From Nitrospirales bacterium (GTDB lineage Bacteria; Nitrospirota; Nitrospiria; Nitrospirales; UBA8639): 49,235 bases of DNA. Where the stretch lies: NCBI GenBank assembly GCA_022824735.1, contig JAJDZI010000136.1:1-49235 (forward strand), in the 5' to 3' direction. The notes under the pieces are model-generated. The model was not told where the DNA came from. It was given only the letters and a program-made list of their open reading frames with translations, and searched no databases. The position numbers and the translations under genes are program-made. Positions 25,000-34,198 of this stretch are shown in pieces (within the stretch, counting starts at the first letter, position 1; every line of letters starts with the position of its first letter).

Positions 25000-27936
25000 T
25001 CAGGTGGTCTGCCGAAGCATCAGGCGGCGGAACAAGCCTTCAGCCTCGAACAATTCATCGAATCCACCCTGTTGGATGACCTTGCCCCCATCCAGCACAT
25101 AGATTCGGTCCGCCTTGCGGATGGTAGAAAGCCGATGAGCAATAACAATTCGCGTGGCCGAGAGGTTTTCGATGCCGCGCATGACCCTGGCCTGGCTGTC
25201 GGTATCGAGCCAGTTGGTCGCCTCGTCAAGAAAGACGATTCGCGGGCGCCGGGCAAGAGCCGATGCAACTCGGATTCGTTGCGCTTGACCGCCCGAAAAA
25301 ATCGCGTCACTGGCGCCCACAAGCGTGTACATCTGCATAGGCATGGCCGTGATTTCGTCATCAACGGCAGCGAGATGGGCAGCACGCCAAGCGTCCTCTT
25401 CAGTCAAGTCACCCAACGATCCGGTGATATTACTCAGAATGTTCCCAGGCAACAACACCCCATCCTGCATCACCACGCCGATCTGTCGGCGAACGGCACG
25501 CTGGTTGAGGTGCTTGAGATTACGCCCATCATACTCAACAGCTCCGATCACGGGTTGTTCAAGCCCGAGCGCAAGCTGCAGCAACGTCGTCTTGCCGGCT
25601 CCGGACTCCCCCACGATGGCAACAAATTCACCGGGATTGACGTGGAGCGAGACGTCATCAAGAATCAGCGGAGAATATTGCGAATAGCGGAAGCTGACAT
25701 GGTCGAAATGGATCTCACCCCGGAGTTTGGAGGACGGGTTTCCCGCCGAAGGCGTTTCCGGAACGGCTTCCAGGATTGGCTGGATCTGTTTGTAATCCAG
25801 GATTGGCTGGATCTGTTCGTAACCGGGGATGATCATGGCCACCGCCTCGAAGGACTGTCCCAGCCTGGCAACGGCTTCGTAAAAGATCATCGAGGCTGCA
25901 AAGACAGCCAGAAAATCTCCAGTCTCGATGCCACCGGGACCGCGAGACACTGCCACCCCAATGATAATCCCTCCGGCCAGCAAAGGAATTGCCCCACTGG
26001 CAGCCACCAGATGATCGCTCAGCCGACCGGTTTCAAGTTCGGCATTTTTCTGCTCACAATACCTGCGCGACCAAGCCGCGGTGGCAGCCTTTTCGGCTCG
26101 GCTGAGCCGCAGTTTGTGTATCCCGTTGATGAAAGCCAGCAAGCCGCCTGTCAGCCGACGCGAAGCCTCATGCAACCGTCGCTGTGGATTCTTCTGGCGC
26201 AGGCCGAACGTGACCGCGGCGGCGGCACCACACACACCAATGACGAAGCTGACCCAGCCCAAAACCAGATCGTAGAGAAAAATCAACGAAAATGCAGGCA
26301 ACAAGAACAGGGTCGACAGGGCGGCATTGGCCACCATACCGGCAATCAAGTCGCGCAGGGCTTGGAACGTCATGACCCGCACGGCAAGGTCGCCGGCCGT
26401 GAAGCGTCTGAAGAATGCCAGTGGCAGCCCGAGAAGACGGTCCCAGAGCGCAGCACCTGCCGACGTGACTACCCGGCCTTCGATACGCATCAACGCCGTG
26501 CCCTGCAGCATCTGAAACAGCGAACCGATCAGCGCTGCTGCAATCATGGCCGTGATCGTGGAAATGAGGGACGCAAGAGAACCACTCGGTATGATCTCGC
26601 CCGTCACCAATCCCACCGCCACGGCCGGGGCAAGCGTCAGGAACCCGCCAAGCAATCCGACCGTGACAAAGCGACACATGCTGCCAACCAAGCCGCGCGC
26701 TGCAAAACGAGTCAGACTTTTCAGCCCGATCTGACCGTCCGGAAACGGTCGGTAAAACATCCACGCTTGACCGTCCAAGGTTTGCGCTGTGGTTGCATTG
26801 GCGGGCTCAGAATGTCCCGTAACGGGATCGATGATTCGGTAGCGGGTCGCACCGGGAACCAACGCCACGGCGCTTCGGTCGCTTTTGCGAAAGCCCAACA
26901 TGGCGCCACTGTCGCCAATCCACCACCGCTCTTCCGGAATCAATTTGACCGAACGGCAACGTACGCCGGAGGCATGCAGAATCGCCTGCAAGGAAGAAAC
27001 AACACTGCTATCCTCACCCGCCGGCGCGGTAGGCATTCGGAACGTCAATCCTTCATGACGACCGACCACCTCAAGGGCCGCCTCCAGGGCCGACGCCTGA
27101 CTCCGATCGGTCGCATCTGCGCTGGCCTGCAGCGAACGGTACAGGGCCGTGCGTGCTTGCGCCTCGTCACGTTCGCGGAAATCGGCAAGGGCGACGTCCT
27201 GATTGGCCACGTCGACCAGCAAAAGCAGGCGATTGGTATGCTCAGCGCGAAGAAGCAGGTGATGGTATTGAGCAAGAGACGGGAACAACAAAGATTTTTG
27301 GTGCAGCGTTTCCGAGTCGGCACCGGCAACGTGCCCTGGGCTCGTGACAGCCAACCAGCTCTCCGGTGTCAAGGGCAACCATCCTGTCCCGTCCTGGCCC
27401 AGCTCTTCGGTATCAAGGAAGGTCGCGGACAGGCCTTGGGTGGCGGCCCATACCACGCCATGCCGGCTTGCAAGAATGCTCCCGGCAGCAAGGTTTTGAG
27501 TCGCTCCGGGGTGAAGCATGGCGTTGGGATCGCGATGCAACGTGATATCACGGTGAACGGCCGCCGTCATGTCTATGATCCATTGCTCCACTTGATTGAT
27601 CAATGCTTCGGCAGGAACGGCTTTCTGCAACGCCTCAAGCGGAAGAACGCGAACGGTCGAGTTGGGTAGGCCTTTCGCCATGACAATCAGTGAATCCGCC
27701 GTATTCCCGGCAATGCCGAAAACGAGACGACCCGGACCGGCACGAAGCATGTGCTTCAGGCTTGAATCCGGCAAGCCCTCCCGGGAATCTGCGATAAAGA
27801 CGTCCAGTGCGCCGGATTCAACAAACCATGCCGTTCCCGGGTCGTCGAGCCGGATGGGCCGGTTGTTGCCGCCGGTGAACAACGTGCCAAGCGTGCTGAT
27901 GACCTGCGACATATTGCTGGGCGGTTGGGTGGACAT
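25000..27936 (-). CDS. NHLP-type bacteriocin export ABC transporter, permease/ATPase subunit with N-terminal cyclic-nucleotide-binding-like domain
   Basis: 978 aa. N-terminal cNMP-like beta-roll (AWFVESGALDVFIADS). A 6-TM exporter domain. NBD with GESGAGKTT (Walker A), FSGGQAQR (signature) and IVFLDEAT (Walker B). The architecture matches the second ABC component of NHLP/Nif11 export systems. Confidence 0.85.
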   Translation of the reverse strand: MSTQPPSNMSQVISTLGTLFTGGNNRPIRLDDPGTAWFVESGALDVFIADSREGLPDSSLKHMLRAGPGRLVFGIAGNTADSLIVMAKGLPNSTVRVLPLEALQKAVPAEALINQVEQWIIDMTAAVHRDITLHRDPNAMLHPGATQNLAAGSILASRHGVVWAATQGLSATFLDTEELGQDGTGWLPLTPESWLAVTSPGHVAGADSETLHQKSLLFPSLAQYHHLLLRAEHTNRLLLLVDVANQDVALADFRERDEAQARTALYRSLQASADATDRSQASALEAALEVVGRHEGLTFRMPTAPAGEDSSVVSSLQAILHASGVRCRSVKLIPEERWWIGDSGAMLGFRKSDRSAVALVPGATRYRIIDPVTGHSEPANATTAQTLDGQAWMFYRPFPDGQIGLKSLTRFAARGLVGSMCRFVTVGLLGGFLTLAPAVAVGLVTGEIIPSGSLASLISTITAMIAAALIGSLFQMLQGTALMRIEGRVVTSAGAALWDRLLGLPLAFFRRFTAGDLAVRVMTFQALRDLIAGMVANAALSTLFLLPAFSLIFLYDLVLGWVSFVIGVCGAAAAVTFGLRQKNPQRRLHEASRRLTGGLLAFINGIHKLRLSRAEKAATAAWSRRYCEQKNAELETGRLSDHLVAASGAIPLLAGGIIIGVAVSRGPGGIETGDFLAVFAASMIFYEAVARLGQSFEAVAMIIPGYEQIQPILDYKQIQPILEAVPETPSAGNPSSKLRGEIHFDHVSFRYSQYSPLILDDVSLHVNPGEFVAIVGESGAGKTTLLQLALGLEQPVIGAVEYDGRNLKHLNQRAVRRQIGVVMQDGVLLPGNILSNITGSLGDLTEEDAWRAAHLAAVDDEITAMPMQMYTLVGASDAIFSGGQAQRIRVASALARRPRIVFLDEATNWLDTDSQARVMRGIENLSATRIVIAHRLSTIRKADRIYVLDGGKVIQQGGFDELFEAEGLFRRLMLRQTT
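25770..25823 (-). repeat. 27-nt in-frame tandem duplication inside the ABC transporter gene
   Basis: Units 25770-25796 and 25797-25823 differ at 2 positions. They encode ...EQIQPILDYKQIQPILE... in the TMD-NBD linker. Confidence 0.9.
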
Positions 27937-27960
27937 GGGCTCCTTCGCCTTGCCGTGTGG

Positions 27961-30186
27961 TTACAAATCAGCCACGTGAACCAGACGGTGATACATCCCA
28001 CCGTCGTCCGCAAACAATTCCTCATGTGTGCCGCGCTGTATTTCCCGGCCACGGTCCAGAACGATGATCTGGTCGCAGTCACGGATGGTGCTGAGACGAT
28101 GCGCGACAATGATGCTCGTACACCCGCGTCGCCTGACCGCATCATCGACGCGTTGCTCGCTCAGCACGTCCAAGGCGCTGGTTGCCTCGTCGAGCAGAAG
28201 CACGGACGGGTCCCGGACCAAGGCGCGGGCAATTTCGAGGCGCTGTCGCTCTCCTCCGCTGAAGTTTCGTCCGTCCTGTTCAACCGGCGAATCGTATCCT
28301 CCCGGACGCGACATGACGACGTCGTGCATGAGGGCGTCCTGTGCGGCACTGACAAGTTGCGGTCTGGCAATTGTCGGATCCCAGAGGGTCACATTATCAC
28401 GAACCGTGCCTTCGAAGAGGCTGATTCGCTGATCGACCATGGAAACTGAGCCCGCCAGAATTTGCCGAGGGATCACGTTGACCGGCGCGCCATCAATCAG
28501 AATTTCGCCGGACCAAGGCGCGTACATTCCGCTTAAGAGGAGTAGCAAGGTTGATTTTCCTGACCCGGATGTTCCAATCACGGCGACTCGTTGACCGACG
28601 TCAACCGTCAGGCTGACCCCGTTGATGAGCGGCGGGGCATTGCGCTGGTAGCCGAAGACGACGTCACGCATTTCAATGCGCCCTTTCAGACGCAGCCGGC
28701 CACGGAACTTTGCCAGCGAGCCCGAGATTGACTTGTGATCCTCGATGACCATCGGATCCTCAGATGCCGACAGGACGTCATCGAGTCGTTGAAGGTCAGC
28801 TTCCATTGTCTGGAACAAATCGGCGAACAGGACAAGCCGGCCAACCGGGCGCAGAAAGTTTCCGGCAATGACGTAAAAGCCCATCAACTGACCAAGCGTC
28901 ATCTCCCCGGACATGGCGTGCCAACCACCAAAACCCAGAACGGCCGCGCCGCCGATAGCCAGCGCGAGGTTCGGCAACGAGGACGTGACGTGTCCCAATT
29001 CCGAGAAACGCTGGCGGGCGAGAAATTCACGGGCCTGATAACCGGTCCAGCGAGCGAAGAACTCGTCTTCGTGGCCAGTTGCCTTGAGCGATCTGATGTT
29101 TCTTAAACCAAACATCGCCGTGCCGTTCAGGAGCCCCTGCTCATGCTTCATCTGCCGGTTCTCGTCGGTCCTGCGTACGGAAATGAACTTCATTAATCCG
29201 GCTGAAGCCACACCAATGCCCGCCACGGCCAGGGCCAGGGCCGGGGCAAAGGCGACCATTAATCCCAGGAAGAGCACGCCCATGACCAATTCGACTGTGA
29301 TCCCCACCACTTGTATCGAGCCAACCGTCGCAACCTGATCGATCAGACGAGCCCGCTGAATCAGGTCGCCCGGGTAGCGGTAACAAAAGTATTCTATGGG
29401 TAGCCGGAACAGACGCGTGAGAAAGTGGTCGGAGTGAATAATCGAAAGACGCACGGCGAGCCGGCGCAGACACCGTCGATGCATCCACGTTAGAACATAG
29501 ACAAAGAGAGCGGCAATAAGGGCAGCAGCGACCAGGGAGGGGGCCCAGCCGACTTCGCCACCGCCTAGTACGTGGTCGATGAAGATAATCAGCAGCAAGG
29601 GCAGAACGAGTCCCGACAAAGCCAAAAAAAATCCGCTCAGGGCGGCAAAACCGAGTGACTGCAGGTCATGACTCAGCCACGGCCAGAACCTCCGCAAGAC
29701 TCCTGGCCGTGTGCCGCCGGTGCGGAACTCGGCACCTGGCTGCAACGACAGGACAACGCCGGTAAAGTCGCGATCGAAGGTGTCGGCGCTGACGGTCCGC
29801 CGACCAATTGCCGGGTCATTCAGATAAAAACAATCATTGCCCACCCCTTCAAGAACCACGAAGTGGCTGAAACTCCAAAACAGGATAAGGGGAAGCGGCA
29901 TACGCGAAAGGTCTCTCGGCTCCTTGCGCCATCCTTCAACTTCCAAACCATACGATCTCGCCGCGCGGACAAGGTCTGCCGCGTTGCAACCATCTCGCCC
30001 AACGGCGCAGGCCTCGCGCAGTTCCTCAAGCGAAGCATAGCGCCCAAAATAGGCAAGGACGCTGCACAGGCAAGCGGCGGCGCATTCGGTAGCCTGGACT
30101 TGTAAAAACAGTGGCGTGCGCAATCGTGGGCGGAAGAGCATGCGCAACCATTCGCTGAGTCTTGATACGAAAATAGCCAACGACAC
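27961..30186 (-). CDS. NHLP-type bacteriocin export ABC transporter with N-terminal C39 double-glycine peptidase domain
   Basis: 741 aa. C39 motif LQVQATECAAACLCSVLAYFGRY (catalytic Cys). Exporter TMD. NBD with GTSGSGKST, FSGGERQR and VLLLDEATS. Confidence 0.9.
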   Translation of the reverse strand: MSLAIFVSRLSEWLRMLFRPRLRTPLFLQVQATECAAACLCSVLAYFGRYASLEELREACAVGRDGCNAADLVRAARSYGLEVEGWRKEPRDLSRMPLPLILFWSFSHFVVLEGVGNDCFYLNDPAIGRRTVSADTFDRDFTGVVLSLQPGAEFRTGGTRPGVLRRFWPWLSHDLQSLGFAALSGFFLALSGLVLPLLLIIFIDHVLGGGEVGWAPSLVAAALIAALFVYVLTWMHRRCLRRLAVRLSIIHSDHFLTRLFRLPIEYFCYRYPGDLIQRARLIDQVATVGSIQVVGITVELVMGVLFLGLMVAFAPALALAVAGIGVASAGLMKFISVRRTDENRQMKHEQGLLNGTAMFGLRNIRSLKATGHEDEFFARWTGYQAREFLARQRFSELGHVTSSLPNLALAIGGAAVLGFGGWHAMSGEMTLGQLMGFYVIAGNFLRPVGRLVLFADLFQTMEADLQRLDDVLSASEDPMVIEDHKSISGSLAKFRGRLRLKGRIEMRDVVFGYQRNAPPLINGVSLTVDVGQRVAVIGTSGSGKSTLLLLLSGMYAPWSGEILIDGAPVNVIPRQILAGSVSMVDQRISLFEGTVRDNVTLWDPTIARPQLVSAAQDALMHDVVMSRPGGYDSPVEQDGRNFSGGERQRLEIARALVRDPSVLLLDEATSALDVLSEQRVDDAVRRRGCTSIIVAHRLSTIRDCDQIIVLDRGREIQRGTHEELFADDGGMYHRLVHVADL

Positions 30187-30194
30187 CCCAATTT

Positions 30195-30219
30195 GTCATT
30201 CCGCGCGAAGCGAGGAATC
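30195..30219. repeat. REP-like element GTCATTCCGCGCGAAGCGAGGAATC between the HlyD and ABC genes
   Basis: Imperfect palindrome (ATTCC..GGAAT). Shares the TGTCATTCC box with the element at 13648. Confidence 0.4.
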
Positions 30220-30251
30220 TCTTCCTAGTCCGGTTCTGCTTTCCGTCGACA

Positions 30252-31148
30252 TCAGCTCGCGTCTTCTTTGAATAGCATACGTAACAGGGAGATTGGCGGC
30301 CTGATAAACCAAGCATGGCAATGGGTGCCATTCGGGATGGAAAGTCCTGGAACTTCTTGCAGTGGTGCACGTACGAAGTGGCTGCGGGACGCGGCGACAA
30401 AACCGTGCTCAGAGAGCCACGGCGGCACCGCGACAGGTTGTGGCGATACGGCTGCAACTTCGGCTCCCAGCCAGTCGGTATCGCTCCGTCCTGGCACGAC
30501 CGCAATTCGCGCACGCATGCCGGGCGTGATGACGTCTGCGCTTTCAGGCGGCACAAAGGCCAACGCCTCCAAACGATGATCCGAGCCGGTTCGAATTCGG
30601 CCAACCACCGACCCGGCCTCGACTACCTGTCCCGGCACCAGCGACAGAGTCGCGACCTCGCCGGATTCAGGACTGGTCAGCACCGCGCTCGTTTCCAGCA
30701 GGGCTTCCACTGCGAGCAACTCCGCGCGAGCGACGGCAAGCCCGCCCTTGTCAGGGTTCGCGGCAATGCCTGGCGTCTGCTCCAGCAACGCGATTCGTGC
30801 CCGTGCCACCCGTGCCCGATGTATCAGTTGCGTGGGGTTGATCCTTGCGATCCGCTGTTCGTGTTCGACCCGTTCGCCGTTACGGACCAATACTTCGACA
30901 ACGGTACCGGATTCCGGTGAGATGATTGCATGGCGCTGACCAGGCATTGCAAGGATGCAGGTCGCTGCGACTTTCCGCTCGATGCTGCCCAAAATCACCC
31001 AAGCCGCGACGGACAGCAAGGCGATTGCCAAGGCGCAAAGAATGATCCATTCTCGCGGCGCAGTCACTCGAAGCAGGGAATCAAGAGGTTCCGCCTTCCC
31101 CCTAAGGGTCATGGCCTTCTCTCGAAACAGGCGGTTCTTAAACAGCAC
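30252..31148 (-). CDS. NHLP bacteriocin system secretion protein (HlyD-family membrane fusion protein)
   Basis: GTG start preceded by AGGGGA. N-terminus LFREKAMTLRGKAEPLDSLLRVTAPREW followed by a TM helix, then coiled-coil and beta-barrel segments typical of HlyD-type adaptors. First gene of the exporter operon. Confidence 0.85.
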   Translation of the reverse strand: MLFKNRLFREKAMTLRGKAEPLDSLLRVTAPREWIILCALAIALLSVAAWVILGSIERKVAATCILAMPGQRHAIISPESGTVVEVLVRNGERVEHEQRIARINPTQLIHRARVARARIALLEQTPGIAANPDKGGLAVARAELLAVEALLETSAVLTSPESGEVATLSLVPGQVVEAGSVVGRIRTGSDHRLEALAFVPPESADVITPGMRARIAVVPGRSDTDWLGAEVAAVSPQPVAVPPWLSEHGFVAASRSHFVRAPLQEVPGLSIPNGTHCHAWFIRPPISLLRMLFKEDAS

Positions 31149-31358
31149 TGCTACTGTCCCCTACAGATCCGGTTGTCTCTCCCAGCGGGAAACAACCTGC
31201 AAAAAGAAGCAAGGGATTCGCCCATGGACTCATTTCCGCTTCCACCAACCCGGAAGAACGGCATCGAACAACGGGCCTCTCATTGAGGGGCTGAAGTCTA
31301 GCATACGCAGTTCCAATATCCAAGCGCAGGGACCCGTTACTCTCGGTACAACAAACTC

Positions 31359-31387
31359 TTGACATTGTTTGATTTTCGTATTATGTA
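31359..31387 (+). promoter_or_regulatory. Putative sigma70-like promoter of the tra (MPF-F) operon
   Basis: TTGACA (31359-31364), 17-nt spacer, TATGTA (31382-31387), in an AT-rich patch of the divergent intergenic region. Confidence 0.4.
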
Positions 31388-31419
31388 CTGTTAGGTCTAA
31401 TATTGCTTGCGCACCCGTC

Positions 31420-32265
31420 ATGTTCATCATCCTCACTATTGTCGCTGTTTTCGAGTTGTCCGGGTGTTCGGCTCCTCTCGCACCTGGTTCCGTCACACAA
31501 CAGGACCATTCGGGTCAAACGCCGTCCCTTGCTCGTAATCAACAGGTGTTGTGCCGCACAAACAGTCATCTTTATCCCTGCATCATCACTTCCCCAAAAA
31601 CGCCTCTCACGCCGGCGTCCCGGGTGCCCGCCGCTTCTTCCGGCGGACCTTCAACGTCACCACTCATAACTCATCATGACCCACCGGAGACGGAGGCGCA
31701 CTTGGCAGAACATGAAAACATTGCGATCCGGCTCCAGGAAATCACATCGACACTCGAACCCCTTCTCGCCAATCTGTCAAAGCCTGAATCTCCGCATCCG
31801 CTGCCTGACGCGCACCAGCCGGCTGCCGGCAAGTCATCCAAAAAAGAGGTCGTCCCTGCCCGGGATTCAGATCGCCCGGTTCCACAACAGAAGCTCAGGG
31901 GCAGGCTCCTGGCGTCCGTGTATTTCTCCTCGAACAGCACCGAACTCGCGCCCTCGGAGAAGATCGTTTTAATCGATCTTCTCCCTGTAGTCCGCGACAA
32001 ACAACTCCTGTTTGTCGGCTACTCCGACCGCGCCGGTGACGACAATGCCGATGCACGCTTGTCCTACAAGCGAGCGCGGACCGTCAAAGCCTTCTTTGCG
32101 CAAACCGGACACGACCCGGGCAAGCTCTTCGCCGGAGGGAAGGGTTCATGCTGTGACAAAACCGAGGGGAACACCCCCACCGGACGGCAACGGAACCGGC
32201 GCGTTGAAATCTATCACGCCCTCGAACGGCTTCGGCTTCAATCGCCACCTTTCAGCAAGGAGTAA
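31420..32265 (+). CDS. OmpA-family peptidoglycan-binding lipoprotein
   Basis: Preferred start MFIILTIVAVFELSGC (lipobox LSGC); the ORF is also open from 31369. C-terminal OmpA-like domain: VYFSSNSTELAP...LLFVGYSDRAGDDNADARLSYKRARTVKAFF...NRRVEIY. Confidence 0.75.
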   Translation: MFIILTIVAVFELSGCSAPLAPGSVTQQDHSGQTPSLARNQQVLCRTNSHLYPCIITSPKTPLTPASRVPAASSGGPSTSPLITHHDPPETEAHLAEHENIAIRLQEITSTLEPLLANLSKPESPHPLPDAHQPAAGKSSKKEVVPARDSDRPVPQQKLRGRLLASVYFSSNSTELAPSEKIVLIDLLPVVRDKQLLFVGYSDRAGDDNADARLSYKRARTVKAFFAQTGHDPGKLFAGGKGSCCDKTEGNTPTGRQRNRRVEIYHALERLRLQSPPFSKE

Positions 32266-32269
32266 CGCC

Positions 32270-32563
32270 ATGAAAGCCATCCATCTTTACTGTTTTTTCC
32301 TTTTTCTGTTCTTCTTCCTCATCCCTGCCACCGCCATTGCGGCTACGACGGGAGCCGACTTTCAAGACTTGTATGACTTCTTCTACGAGGCCGCCACCGG
32401 ATATCTCGGGCGCGCCATTGCCATCGTCGGCGGACTCATGGGCCTCGGCGTCGGGGCCGCCACCGGCAAACCCATTCCGGCCTTGATGGGTATCGTACTT
32501 GCCGTCTTCGGGACACTTGGTCCCACGTTGATCAATAACCTGTTCAGCAGCGCGACAATCTAG
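32270..32563 (+). CDS. traA: Conjugative pilin precursor (TraA/VirB2-like)
   Basis: AAGGAG Shine-Dalgarno. 97 aa. Signal peptide ending ATAIA/A. The mature part is about 73 aa with two Gly/Ala-rich hydrophobic helices. Sits immediately upstream of traL, as in F. Confidence 0.6.
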   Translation: MKAIHLYCFFLFLFFFLIPATAIAATTGADFQDLYDFFYEAATGYLGRAIAIVGGLMGLGVGAATGKPIPALMGIVLAVFGTLGPTLINNLFSSATI

Positions 32564-32565
32564 TC

Positions 32566-32865
32566 ATGGATAACGAGAACATGGAAGATTACTGGATTGG
32601 CCGGAACCTCGACGCTCCCCAATTATTTTTCATGTGGGAAGCCGATCGCGCGTATTTTGCGATGCTGTGGGTCCTGGGCGGCATGCTCCTGGGCTCGACG
32701 GTTCTCGGCGTCGTGGCGGCCATGATCTTCGGACGCCTCTACGCACAGATCAAGGAGGAAGGGGGCAAAGGACTCTTGCCGCGCATCCTGTACTGGCACA
32801 CCCCCTCCTCTTTATGGCTTTCCTCTTATCTACCATCCTACTCACGGGAATTCCTCGGACGGTGA
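32566..32865 (+). CDS. traL: Type-F conjugative transfer protein TraL
   Basis: 99 aa. LDAPQLFFMWEADRA, one TM helix, then KEEGGKGLLPRILYWHTP...PSYSREFLG. This is co-linear with F TraL (..KKGRGSSWLRDLIYWYMP..). Confidence 0.8.
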   Translation: MDNENMEDYWIGRNLDAPQLFFMWEADRAYFAMLWVLGGMLLGSTVLGVVAAMIFGRLYAQIKEEGGKGLLPRILYWHTPSSLWLSSYLPSYSREFLGR

Positions 32866-33470
32866 ACAAGGAAAAATATCTTTCAGCGCTTACCAGCGCC
32901 AACTATAAAACCGCCGTCTGGATGCTCGTTGCCGGCGTCCTCCTGATGACGAATCTCCTTCAAGCGCTCTTTCTCTTCACCGCTGATCTCACGGAAAAGA
33001 CCATCGTTGTTCCCCCTGATCTCGTCAAGCCGTTTTCCATCCACAAGAGCAAGGTCAGCCCCGCCTACGTCGAGCAGATGACCCATTATCTCAGCCAGCT
33101 CCTGCTCACCTACCACGACGATAACGTGACGGCTCAATTCGACTCCGTCCTTCGACACGTTGACCCCGCGGCTTACGCACACCTCAAAGCTGAATTCCAT
33201 GCGCAAGCCGAGCGCATCCGGCGCCACCTGATCGGCTCCGTGTTCTATCCCATGGGCATCCACGTCGCCAAATTGACTGCCACCATCAATGGCGAGCTCG
33301 TCAGTATGATTGGGCAAAAAATCGTCTCGCGCAAACAGAAGTACTACCAATTCGACTACGCCTACCGGAACGGCTCATTCTATCTGGTGAAATTCCAAGA
33401 ACTCGAAAAGGGACCGGGGGAAGAACTCAAACCCATTGAACCCAAGGAAGATGAGGAGGTGACTTTCTGA
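32862..33470 (+). CDS. traE: Type-F conjugative transfer protein TraE
   Basis: The GTG overlaps the traL stop (GTGA); an alternative ATG is at 32814. N-terminal TM helix followed by a periplasmic domain co-linear with F TraE (about 190 aa). Position between traL and traK. Confidence 0.7.
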   Translation: MNKEKYLSALTSANYKTAVWMLVAGVLLMTNLLQALFLFTADLTEKTIVVPPDLVKPFSIHKSKVSPAYVEQMTHYLSQLLLTYHDDNVTAQFDSVLRHVDPAAYAHLKAEFHAQAERIRRHLIGSVFYPMGIHVAKLTATINGELVSMIGQKIVSRKQKYYQFDYAYRNGSFYLVKFQELEKGPGEELKPIEPKEDEEVTF

Positions 33471-34198
33471 TGATTCGTCTTGCCCTCCCCTGTCTCTCTA
33501 CCCTTCTGCTCTTTCCGGGCGCAGCAGCCGGCATTCAGAATTTCACGGTCCGTGACGGTGCCAGTATCACCGCCATTATCTCGTCACATGAACTGACCCG
33601 GGTGACGGTCGCCGGCAGCCAACGCCTGGAAAAGGTCTGGGCGCCGGCCGGGACGTTATGGGTTCAGCCCGATGAGGCACAAGGCGATATCTTTATCAAG
33701 CCCGTGGCCGGCGCTCCGGCGACCATGAGCTTCTTCGTCCGTGACGGTGCCGGTGGCACGTATACGATCATCGCTCAGCAGCGCGACGTCCCATCTGAAA
33801 CGATTCTTCTGAACCCCGAGTTACCGGCGCGCCGGGCGAATCCGCGCCAAACCGGACGGCAGTCTTTCTCCTACGTCCGGGAAATCAAGCGTCTCATGCT
33901 CGCCATGGCACTCGACCGGGAGACCAAGGGGTTCACGAAAGACACGCACGACGTTCCTGTGCCGTTCTGGAAGGAAACCCGGATCGTCCACACCGGCACC
34001 TACACCGGCTCTCGCTTCATTGGCCAAGTCTATGAAATCGAAAATCTCACCAGCCAGCCGCTCACGTTCCATGAACAGGAATTCCTTGCCTTCATTCCCG
34101 ATACCCGAGCGGTCGCCCTCCGCCACTTCACGCTCCCTGCGGGCACGTCCACGTCGCTCTATATTGTTCGCGACAATGCCATGAGGATCGAACCATGA
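33470..34198 (+). CDS. traK: Type-F conjugative transfer secretin-like protein TraK
   Basis: 242 aa (the same length as F TraK, as I recall it). Has a signal peptide, overlapping start and stop codons, and the conserved position between traE and traB. Confidence 0.7.
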   Translation: MIRLALPCLSTLLLFPGAAAGIQNFTVRDGASITAIISSHELTRVTVAGSQRLEKVWAPAGTLWVQPDEAQGDIFIKPVAGAPATMSFFVRDGAGGTYTIIAQQRDVPSETILLNPELPARRANPRQTGRQSFSYVREIKRLMLAMALDRETKGFTKDTHDVPVPFWKETRIVHTGTYTGSRFIGQVYEIENLTSQPLTFHEQEFLAFIPDTRAVALRHFTLPAGTSTSLYIVRDNAMRIEP

